From contig CAVPOM010000009.1 of the NCBI GenBank assembly GCA_963707025.1, forward strand, positions 160,001 to 224,000: a DNA stretch of 64,000 nt, read 5' to 3'. This document shows positions 39,584-47,868 of this stretch, in pieces. This stretch comes from an uncultured Verrucomicrobiae bacterium (GTDB taxonomy: Bacteria > Verrucomicrobiota > Verrucomicrobiia > Limisphaerales > Palsa-1400). A model generated the notes under the pieces. It searched no databases. It had not been told where the DNA came from and saw only the letters and a list, made by a program, of their open reading frames with translations. The position numbers were made by a program, and so were the translations under genes. Positions within the stretch are counted from its first letter, which is position 1, and every line of letters starts with the position of its first letter.

Positions 39584-40213
39584 TCAGTCCACCAGATTGT
39601 TTTGGACGGCGTAGTGTGTCAGTTCAGCGTTGTTCTTCATGTCCATCTTTTCGAGCAATCGTGCGCGGTAGGTGCTGATGGTTTTAACGCTCAGGTTTAG
39701 CTCCCGGCCAATCTGGCTGACGGTTTTGCCGGAGCCAATCAAGCGCAAGACCAGAAACTCGCGGTCGGACAGCCGTTCGTGCGGCGCCTTCTGCACGTCA
39801 ATGGTCAGGTAGGACGCCATGCGCTCGGCGAGCGCCGGGCTGATGTAGCGCCCGCCACTCATCACTTTTTTGATCGCGCCGACCAGTTCCACGTCCGCGC
39901 TTTCCTTGGTCAAGTAGCCGGCCGCGCCGGATTTAAGCATCCGCACGGCGAATTGATCTTCGGGGTGCATGCTTAAGATGACAACGGGCAGCTTGGGCCT
40001 GAGCCGTTTGGCCTCCCGCAAGGTTTCCAGTCCGCTGCGACCGGGCATGGTGATGTCGAGAATCATCACATCCCAATTCTCCTTCATGATGCGGTTCAAC
40101 GCTTCCGTCGCGTTGCGCGCCTGGCCGAACACCGCTTTCGGGAAATGGTCAGCCAGAATCAGTTTCAGGCCCTGCCGCACGACGGCGTGGTCGTCTGTGA
40201 TAAGTATTTTCAT
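39584..40213 (-). CDS. NarL/UvrY-like response regulator
   Basis: TDDHAVVRQG, LDITMP, LSDREF, SVKTISTYRARL. Confidence 0.95.
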   Translation of the reverse strand: MKILITDDHAVVRQGLKLILADHFPKAVFGQARNATEALNRIMKENWDVMILDITMPGRSGLETLREAKRLRPKLPVVILSMHPEDQFAVRMLKSGAAGYLTKESADVELVGAIKKVMSGGRYISPALAERMASYLTIDVQKAPHERLSDREFLVLRLIGSGKTVSQIGRELNLSVKTISTYRARLLEKMDMKNNAELTHYAVQNNLVD

Positions 40214-41315
40214 TCGAGTCCAATTTCTTGTGCGCAGGGTTTTTTCGCGGCCGCGGAATGCGCACACTGACGGTTGTGCCCTTGCCCGGCTCGCCGCGCC
40301 ACCGCACTTCGCCGCCGAGCAGGGCGGCGCGTTCGCGCATACCAATCAAGCCGATGGATTTTGTGTTTAGAATCTCGCTTTCGGAAATGCCGCGGCCGTT
40401 GTCCTTCACTTCCAAAACGAAATGTTCCGCCGCTTCGATCAATCGCACTTCGACTTTGCTGGCGTTGGCATGGCGGATGATGTTGGTGAGCGTCTCCTGG
40501 AAAATACGGAAGAAAGCCGTGTTCAGGTCCTGATTGAGAATGGGATCGCGGATGGCCACGTTCACATGGCACAGGATGCCGGACTGCTTCTGGAATTCAT
40601 TCGTTTGCCACTCCAGGGCGGCGGGCAGTCCGGCGGTGTCGAGCAGTCCGGGTCGCAATTCCGTAACGATGCGGCGGACGGCTTGGATTGTTTCGTCAAT
40701 GCTGTCGGCCATCGCGTGAATCTTGCCATGAAGCGATTTCAGATTCTTCGGCAAACGGCCGGCCAGCCATGTCAGTTGAAGTTTCAGTCCCGTGAGCGAC
40801 TGCCCCAGTTCATCATGAACCTCGCGCGCGATGCGGATGCGCTCCTCCTCGCGCACATATTGCAAATGAACGGACAGCGCGCGGAGCTGCTCGTGGGACT
40901 GCCGGAGCCGTTCCTCCGCGCGCTTGCGTTCGCTCCGCTCCTCCGCCTCCCGCAAAGCGCGATGGACCGACGGCACCAGGCGCGAGAGGCGTTGCTTGAG
41001 CACGTAATCGGTCGCGCCTTTCTTGAGCGTTTCAATCGCCACCTCCTCGCCCAACGTGCCGGTGACGAAGAGGAACGGCACGGCGGGACATTTTTCCCGC
41101 GCGATTTCCAGTGCTGTGCAGCCGTCGAGCGAAGGCAACGAAAAATCGGCGAGGATCAAGTCCGGAGAAAATGTTGCAAGCTGCTGGACAAAGGCGGCCT
41201 TGTTGTCAACGTGGCGCCAGCAGAAGGCAAGCCCCCCCACGCGCAAGGCGTGACGAACCAGGTCGGCATCCGTCGCACTGTCTTCCAGCAGGATGATGCG
41301 AATCTCATTCTTCAA
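40149..41315 (-). CDS. REC + HisKA_3 histidine kinase
   Basis: LEDSATD REC domain; REEERIRIAREVHDELGQ; DNGRG; TTG start overlaps the upstream stop. Confidence 0.92.
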   Translation of the reverse strand: MKNEIRIILLEDSATDADLVRHALRVGGLAFCWRHVDNKAAFVQQLATFSPDLILADFSLPSLDGCTALEIAREKCPAVPFLFVTGTLGEEVAIETLKKGATDYVLKQRLSRLVPSVHRALREAEERSERKRAEERLRQSHEQLRALSVHLQYVREEERIRIAREVHDELGQSLTGLKLQLTWLAGRLPKNLKSLHGKIHAMADSIDETIQAVRRIVTELRPGLLDTAGLPAALEWQTNEFQKQSGILCHVNVAIRDPILNQDLNTAFFRIFQETLTNIIRHANASKVEVRLIEAAEHFVLEVKDNGRGISESEILNTKSIGLIGMRERAALLGGEVRWRGEPGKGTTVSVRIPRPRKNPAHKKLDSNENTYHRRPRRRAAGPETDSG

Positions 41316-41821
41316 TTTTCATGGGCGGCGATGGCCAGTTGCGGTTGTGACTTTATGGGTTGCGCGTCCACTGCGGTCATCAAATCCACGGGCGGAGCCT
41401 CGTTTGTGACAAGCCAGAATTTCTTCATGTCCTGCAGCACGGAGAAATATTCCCGAAAATCGAGCGGCTTGACGACATAAGCGTTGGCACCCAATTGAAA
41501 AGCCCGCACGATGTCCTTTCGCTCCCGGGAGGAGGTGAAGACGGCGACCGGGATGCTTCGCAATGTGGTGTCGCTCTTGATCTGTCGCAACACCTCCAAA
41601 CCATCCACCTTGGGCATTTTCAGGTCCAGCAACACCACCGCGGGCGGGCCGCGCTGAGGCGACCGGAACGCGCCGCGCCGAAACAGGCAATCCAGCGCCT
41701 CCGCGCCATCGCCCGCCAGAACAACCTCGCCGGGCGACTGGCCGGACGAAAGGGCGCGTCTCGTCAAATCCGCGTCCTTGGCGTTGTCTTCCGCCAGCAG
41801 AATCCATTTGTCTTTTGTCAT
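41312..41821 (-). CDS. Single-domain response regulator (Rcp1-like)
   Basis: LAEDN, LLDLKMPKVDG, FTSS, ANAYVVKP. Confidence 0.93.
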   Translation of the reverse strand: MTKDKWILLAEDNAKDADLTRRALSSGQSPGEVVLAGDGAEALDCLFRRGAFRSPQRGPPAVVLLDLKMPKVDGLEVLRQIKSDTTLRSIPVAVFTSSRERKDIVRAFQLGANAYVVKPLDFREYFSVLQDMKKFWLVTNEAPPVDLMTAVDAQPIKSQPQLAIAAHEN

Positions 41822-44184
41822 GGTTTCTCCTTTGGTACTTTTGGAATCGAGAAAGAAAAGGTCGCGCCGACATCCACCCTGCCTTCGGCCCAGACGCGCC
41901 CGCCATGCCGGCTGACAATGCGCCGGACATTGGCGAGGCCGATGCCAATGCCTTCAAATTCGTTGGCGGGATGCAGCCGCTGAAAAACGCCATACAGTTT
42001 GTTTGCGTATTTCATGTCAAAGCCGACGCCATTGTCGCGGACGAATAAAACGGCTTCGTCCGCGGAATCCGCCCCGCCGATTTCAATATTGGCCCGGCTG
42101 CGTTTACGGGTGTATTTCAAGGCGTTGGAAATGAGATTGATGATGACCTGCCGGAGCATCAGAGGGTCGCCCTGGACTTCCGGGAATGTCCCAATATGCC
42201 AGTCAATATTCCGTCCTTCGCTGTCGCGCCGCAGCTCACGGCGCGCCTCCTCCACGAGCACGGCCAGGCTGACAGGCTCGCGGCGCATTTCGGCGCGGCC
42301 CATGCGGGAAAAGGCGAGGAGGGCGTCAATCAGTTCGCCGAGATTTTTGGCGGAATCCGCCACAGTTTGGAGGTGGTCTCGCGAGTCTTTGTCAAGTTTG
42401 CCGGCGGCCTCGGTTTGCAGGATTTCGACGTAGCCGGCGATGTGGCGCAAGGGGGCGCGCAGGTCGTGCGAGATGGAGTAGCTGAAAGCCTCGAGCTCCT
42501 CGTTGGCGGCCTCGAGTTCCGCGGTGCGGTCTCGAACGCGCTGTTCCAATTGTTCGTTAAGCTGATGGATTTTCTCCTCGGCTTCCTTTTGTCGGGTCGT
42601 ATCGTGGGCGATTTTGGAAAAGCCCCGCAACCTGCCTCCCTCGTCGCGCAAGGCGGTAATCAGAGACTCCGACCAGAAGCGCGAGCCGTCCTTGCGCACG
42701 CGCCAGCCTTCACTGAGAACCGGCCCCTCCCATTCTGCGCGTTCCAAAAAGTCCCGCGGCGCGCCGCGCGTCACCTCTTCGGGCGGAAAGAAAACGGAGA
42801 AGTGTTTTCCGATGATTTCCTCGGCGCAAAAACCTTCGATGTGCTCCGCCCCCGCATTCCAGGTGATGACGGTGCCCTTCGGGTCCAGCATGTAAATCGC
42901 GTAATCCTTCACGTTTTCGACGAGCAACCGCAACCGCTCCTCGCTTTGTCGCAAGGACAATTCGGCCTGCTTGCGCTCGGTGATGTCGCGGATGAGCGCC
43001 GTGCAGCGTGGCGGTTCGTCCGTGGCAATACGGCTGATGCCAATTTCCGCCCGAAACTCGCCGCCGTCCTTGCGTCGCAGAGTCAATTCAATGGGCCGGC
43101 CGATGAGACTGCCGACGCCGTGCATCAGATAGTTCGTCAGCCCTTCGTGATATACTTCCCACATCGCCGGCGGGATGATCAACTCATCCATCAGCCGTCC
43201 CACTGCCTCGTCGCGGCTGTAACCAAAGATTTTTTGCGCGGCGGGATTCCATTCCTGAATTCTTCCATCGGTACCAATGAAAACTATGGCATCAAGGGCT
43301 GTCTCGAGGATGAGGGTTTTCATGGCCTCACTCCGGCGCAGTTTTTCCAGGTCCTGTTTCCGATCCGCGATGTTACGGACAATGACCTGGATGGCCTGGC
43401 GCTGTTGCAGGGTGAGCGGGGTGGCGGCCACTTCGACTTCTACGATGGAGCCGTCGCGGCGGACCAATTTGGCTTCCTCAAAGGGGAAAACGGGGGCATT
43501 TTCATTCAAACTGCGGACGTTCCCCTTCTCAATCTTCCTCCAGAAAAACGTGGTGCCGCTTTCGCGCAGCCTGGCGAACCGTTTTTCGAGGGCTTCCCAG
43601 GAGTCTGGATGGACGATTTCCTTGAGGGGCCGGCCGACGATTTCTTCGGTTTTTTCGACGCCGAGCAAACGCGCGGCAGCCATGTTCGCAAAGACAATCT
43701 GCCAGTCGCACTCCACAAAGAATGCATCCGGGCAAAACTCAATCAAGCGGCGGTAACGCTCCTCACTTTCGCGCAATTGCCGCTCCTTTTGTTGCAAGGC
43801 CGTGCGTTCCTCGGCCTGGCGCAAGGCGCGCTGGACCACCGGCACCAGTTTTGCGAGATTCTTTTTCAGGACGTAGCCCGTGGCGCCGTGCTCAAAAGTT
43901 TCGATTGTCTTCTCCTCCCCCAGCGCGCTGGTGACAAAAATAAAGGGAACCTCCGGGCATTTCTCTTGCGCGATCGCCAGCGCCGTAAACCCGTCGAACG
44001 AGGCCAGGCCATGGTCCGACAAAATCAAATCCGGCGGATTGCATTCCAGCTCACGGACAAACACCTCCCTGGTGTCCACCCGTTTCAGGCGAAAATTAAA
44101 GTTCCCTTTCCGCAGCGCATGATTCAGCATCACGACATCGGCGGGCATGTCTTCCACACACAGTATGCGAATCTCCTTCTTCAC
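41818..44184 (-). CDS. REC-PAS-PAS-PAS histidine kinase
   Basis: N-terminal REC, three PAS/PAC units, FSYSISHDLRAPLR, DNGVGF, FQRLH; GTG 44184 preferred. Confidence 0.92.
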   Translation of the reverse strand: MKKEIRILCVEDMPADVVMLNHALRKGNFNFRLKRVDTREVFVRELECNPPDLILSDHGLASFDGFTALAIAQEKCPEVPFIFVTSALGEEKTIETFEHGATGYVLKKNLAKLVPVVQRALRQAEERTALQQKERQLRESEERYRRLIEFCPDAFFVECDWQIVFANMAAARLLGVEKTEEIVGRPLKEIVHPDSWEALEKRFARLRESGTTFFWRKIEKGNVRSLNENAPVFPFEEAKLVRRDGSIVEVEVAATPLTLQQRQAIQVIVRNIADRKQDLEKLRRSEAMKTLILETALDAIVFIGTDGRIQEWNPAAQKIFGYSRDEAVGRLMDELIIPPAMWEVYHEGLTNYLMHGVGSLIGRPIELTLRRKDGGEFRAEIGISRIATDEPPRCTALIRDITERKQAELSLRQSEERLRLLVENVKDYAIYMLDPKGTVITWNAGAEHIEGFCAEEIIGKHFSVFFPPEEVTRGAPRDFLERAEWEGPVLSEGWRVRKDGSRFWSESLITALRDEGGRLRGFSKIAHDTTRQKEAEEKIHQLNEQLEQRVRDRTAELEAANEELEAFSYSISHDLRAPLRHIAGYVEILQTEAAGKLDKDSRDHLQTVADSAKNLGELIDALLAFSRMGRAEMRREPVSLAVLVEEARRELRRDSEGRNIDWHIGTFPEVQGDPLMLRQVIINLISNALKYTRKRSRANIEIGGADSADEAVLFVRDNGVGFDMKYANKLYGVFQRLHPANEFEGIGIGLANVRRIVSRHGGRVWAEGRVDVGATFSFSIPKVPKEKP

Positions 44185-44693
44185 AAAAAAAAATTCAACG
44201 ACACAAGATAGAATAGAACGCCTCCCGCGCGGCTTGAAGGTGGGTAAACACCCCAAAAGAGAAGGGCTGAAGACCGCTTTTTATTCGCGGAGGCAAAGGC
44301 CCACCGCCACCGGGCCGGCTGATCAGCCGGGAGTTGGGTTGATGCGAGATACGGCCCGGCGGATTGCGCCGCGCGCCAGGTCACATTGATGCATGGGGGC
44401 GAGGTTGTCATCGGTCACATTTTCCATGGTTCGGGCGATTCTTCGCTGCTCAGATGGAAACCACGACGGTCACTGTGGCTGAATTGGGAGACCCGACATT
44501 GTAATCCGAGCTGGCTGAAACGGTGAGCACACCTGTTCTGAGCACATCGAGTCTGCTGGGATTGACGAACACGGCAATGGACGACGCGCCGACGGGAATG
44601 ACCACCGAACCGCTATGCCAAAGTGTTATGCCGAGCATCGCCTGAGAGAATCAACACGCATTAGCCAATTGATTTCAAGGCATTTACTGAGTT

Positions 44694-44778
44694 TGGTGCC
44701 CACGACAGGACTTGAACCTGTACGATGTTACTCACTAGAACCTGAATCTAGCGCGTCTGCCAATTCCGCCACGTGGGC
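44694..44778 (-). tRNA. tRNA-Leu (CAG)
   Basis: GCCCACG/CGTGGGC acceptor stem, CTAGA-TTCAGGT-TCTAG anticodon arm, long variable arm, ACAGG-TTCAAGT-CCTGT T arm, encoded CCA; 85 nt. Confidence 0.96.
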
Positions 44779-44864
44779 ATCGCTGATTACCAACAACTTA
44801 CACCAAACAATTCTTCTCAAATTTTGCTTTGTATCCGGGCTTTGTATCCCGTAAACCTCGGCTT

Positions 44865-45242
44865 GTGAATCCAACACAAAATACCTTGCCGGGCGGCCGG
44901 AAGCGAGAGGAACACCTGTCCAAAGATGGCAGGTGGCGCTCGTTTCCGCGAGTGCCGCATCTGCTGCAATACGTCAGCAACCGCAATTACTATGGCAGAA
45001 TCAAACTGAACGGCAAGCTCATTCGTGCAAGTCTTGAAACAGCCGTCCGGACAACGGCCTGCAACGGCCAGTTCAGCCCCGTGGCTCCGGTGACCGGCCA
45101 TTGGGATGAATTGCAGACGATTGACCCGGGTTCAAATGAGATCATGCCACCCGGCAGCCTGACGGTGAAAGTCCGGTCAAAAGACGCCGCCAGTTGGAAC
45201 GCCATCAACCTCCGTGCCGTGCAGTTGACTCCCGCGGATTAA
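44865..45242 (+). pseudogene. Tyrosine-integrase N-terminal remnant joined to an unrelated C-terminal fragment
   Basis: WRSFPRVPHLLQYVSNRNYYGRIKLNGKLIRASLET..TTA resembles integrase arm-binding domains; no catalytic domain follows; next to the tRNA. Confidence 0.6.
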
Positions 45243-45277
45243 ACGAACGAAGCTTTCCGGATTCTGTCAAATAGAAA

Positions 45278-46318
45278 TCAGGCCAGCTTGCGCAGCTTGG
45301 TGACGCGGCCCACTTCGACCCACTCCACGACGAAGATATTGCCTGCCTGGTCGAAATAGGCGCTGTGCGGCGCGACGAATTTGCCGGGCGTGAAGTGGTC
45401 GCGCGATTTGTCGCGCAGACCAACATAGCTCCCGCCGTCTCCGAGATGGGCGATCAGCTTGTTGTTTTTGTCAAATAAAGTGACGCGCGATTCCAAATCG
45501 GGAATCACCATCATTTCGCCGCGCGCATGAAAATGGCAGGGCGCGCGCAATTCATCGGTGACAAAGGCGGCATGCCCGCCGTCCAGCGTGAAGTATTGCA
45601 GCCGCCGGTTGGCGCGGTCGGCGACGACCAGGAGAGGTTGGGCGCCGCGCGTGTCCACCATCAGGCCGTGCGGGCAGTCGGTCTGGCCGGGCAGCTTGCC
45701 CTTGCCGCCAAAGCTGCGCAGGTAGCGCGCGTCCCGGTCATACTGGTGGATAAAACTCTTGCCATAGCCGTCGGCCACATAAAAATTCCCGTTGGCCGCG
45801 GTGGCGACGTTGGTGGGGCAATACTCCTCCGGCGCGCTGTAGGCGGCGCAGGCCTCTGGCGCCCACATCCGCCAGAGTTCCTTTCCCTGCAAATCCGTTT
45901 TCGCCACCACATGCCGTTTCGGGTCGCACAGATAAAAAAACTCCTCGCCGCCCTCCCGGTTCAAATGCAGGCCGTGCGCGCCGCCCTTGTATTGTTTGCC
46001 CCACGAGCGGATGAATTTTCCGTCCGCGTCAAACACCACCACCGCATCCTCAACCGTCGCGCCCTTGCCGACGGTGTGCTTGATGTGAACGTGGCCCTGC
46101 GCATCCACCGCCACCCCGTGCGTATTGCCGTAAACATGGCCGGCCGGCAATTCGCCCCAATCGTGCAGGGCTTCATATTGGCAATCGCCCGCGCCGACAA
46201 TGGGCGCCCTGCTCCCGGATTTGTCTTGCGCCAGAATATGGGGCGCGACCAAGGCCGCCGCGGCCATTCCGCCGGCTTGTTTGATGAATTTGCGGCGGCT
46301 CAAATATGCCTGGTTCAT
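45278..46318 (-). CDS. Tat-exported NHL-repeat beta-propeller (PAL/PAM-like)
   Basis: SRRKFIK Tat motif; THGVAVD, AHGL, FYVADGYG, CPHG, VADRAN.RLQ, APH. Confidence 0.85.
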   Translation of the reverse strand: MNQAYLSRRKFIKQAGGMAAAALVAPHILAQDKSGSRAPIVGAGDCQYEALHDWGELPAGHVYGNTHGVAVDAQGHVHIKHTVGKGATVEDAVVVFDADGKFIRSWGKQYKGGAHGLHLNREGGEEFFYLCDPKRHVVAKTDLQGKELWRMWAPEACAAYSAPEEYCPTNVATAANGNFYVADGYGKSFIHQYDRDARYLRSFGGKGKLPGQTDCPHGLMVDTRGAQPLLVVADRANRRLQYFTLDGGHAAFVTDELRAPCHFHARGEMMVIPDLESRVTLFDKNNKLIAHLGDGGSYVGLRDKSRDHFTPGKFVAPHSAYFDQAGNIFVVEWVEVGRVTKLRKLA

Positions 46319-46362
46319 GGTTGAATTTTTGGCGGGTGTTGGCGAGCTCAATCCGGTGGTTT

Positions 46363-47865
46363 TCAAGCGATCAAATCATCAATCACTTTGGCCGGTTCCA
46401 CGCCGGTCAGCCGCTGGTCAAGCCCCTGGTAACGATAGGTGAAACGGAGATGGTCGAAGCCGAGCAACTTGAGCGCGGTGGCGTGGAAGTCGTGAACATG
46501 CACGGGGTCCTTGACGATGTTGTAGGAAAAATCGTCCGTCTCGCCATGAATCACCCCCGGCTTGGCGCCGCCGCCGGCCATCCACATCGTGTAACAGCGC
46601 GGATGATGGTCGCGGCCGTAATTGTTTTTCGTCAGTTCGCCCTGCGAATAGATCGTGCGCCCGAATTCCCCGCCCCACACCACCAGGGTGTCGTCGAGCA
46701 TGCCGCGCTGCTTTAAATCCTGGATCAATCCGTGGCAGGCCTGGTCCACGTCCTGGCACTGGCTGGGCAGGCGTCCGCTGACGTTGGAGTGGGTGTCCCA
46801 GTTGTTGTGGTAAATCTGCACGAAGCGCACGCCGCGTTCGACCAGGCGCCGCGCCAGCAGCGCCGTGTTGGCGAAGGTGCCGGGCTTCTTCGCCTGCTCG
46901 CCGTAAAGGGCGCAGGCCGCCTCCGATTCCTTCCCCAGGTCGGCCAGTTCCGGCACGCTGGCCTGCATCCGAAAGGCCAGTTCATACTGCTGCAGGCGGG
47001 TGTGGGTTTCCGGATCGCCCAGGTTGCGGTAATTCATTTCGTTGAGCGCGCGCAAGCCGTCCAGCGTCTTGCGCCGCACCTTTTCGTCCACCCCGGCGGG
47101 ATTGTTGATGAACAAAATCGGGTCCCCCGCCGTGCGGAAGGAAACGCCCGCGTGTTCGCCCGGCAGATAACCCGAGGACCACAACCGCGTGGAAATGGCC
47201 TGCAACTGCTCGGTGTTGGTGGATTTGGCGATGAGCACCACGAAGGTCGGCAGATTCTCGTTGAGCGAACCAAGGCCGTAGGAAACCCACGAGCCAAGGC
47301 AGGGCCGGCCGGTGATTTCATTGCCCGTCTGCATGAACGTGATGGCCGGTTCGTGGTTGATGGCGTCGGTCTTCATGGAGCGGATGAAGCAGAGGTCATC
47401 CACCATTTTCGCCGTCCACGGCAGCAGTTCGCTCACCCACATGCCGTTGCGGCCATATTGGGCGAACTTGAATTTGGACGGTGCAATTGGAAATCGTTTC
47501 TGCCCGCTGGACATCGTCGTCAGCCGCTGGCCCATCCGCACCGAATCCGGCAAATCCTTGTCGAACCACTCGCCCAGCACCGGCTTGTAATCAAACAAAT
47601 CCATCTGCGAGGGCCCGCCCACCATGTGCAGATAAATCACGCGCCGCGCCTTGGGCGGAAAATGCGGCCCGATGCCGTGCAGCATTTTCTGCGCGGCGGC
47701 GGCGGGAGATGTATCGTCGCCGGCCAGGAGCAGGTTGGGCGCGAGCATGGCCAGCGCCGCCGTGCCCATGAAACTGGCCCCGCGCTGGAAAAACTGGCGG
47801 CGCGTTTCATAGCGCACATAATCTTTGAAGACCGGATGCGGTTTGAATTCAGGAAACAAGTTCAT
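46363..47865 (-). CDS. DUF1501 protein (Tat signal)
   Basis: TRRQFF, GGPSQMDLFDYKP, LVERGVRFVQ, WDTH, WGGEFGRT, GRDHHP. Confidence 0.93.
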   Translation of the reverse strand: MNLFPEFKPHPVFKDYVRYETRRQFFQRGASFMGTAALAMLAPNLLLAGDDTSPAAAAQKMLHGIGPHFPPKARRVIYLHMVGGPSQMDLFDYKPVLGEWFDKDLPDSVRMGQRLTTMSSGQKRFPIAPSKFKFAQYGRNGMWVSELLPWTAKMVDDLCFIRSMKTDAINHEPAITFMQTGNEITGRPCLGSWVSYGLGSLNENLPTFVVLIAKSTNTEQLQAISTRLWSSGYLPGEHAGVSFRTAGDPILFINNPAGVDEKVRRKTLDGLRALNEMNYRNLGDPETHTRLQQYELAFRMQASVPELADLGKESEAACALYGEQAKKPGTFANTALLARRLVERGVRFVQIYHNNWDTHSNVSGRLPSQCQDVDQACHGLIQDLKQRGMLDDTLVVWGGEFGRTIYSQGELTKNNYGRDHHPRCYTMWMAGGGAKPGVIHGETDDFSYNIVKDPVHVHDFHATALKLLGFDHLRFTYRYQGLDQRLTGVEPAKVIDDLIA

Positions 47866-47868
47866 GGA

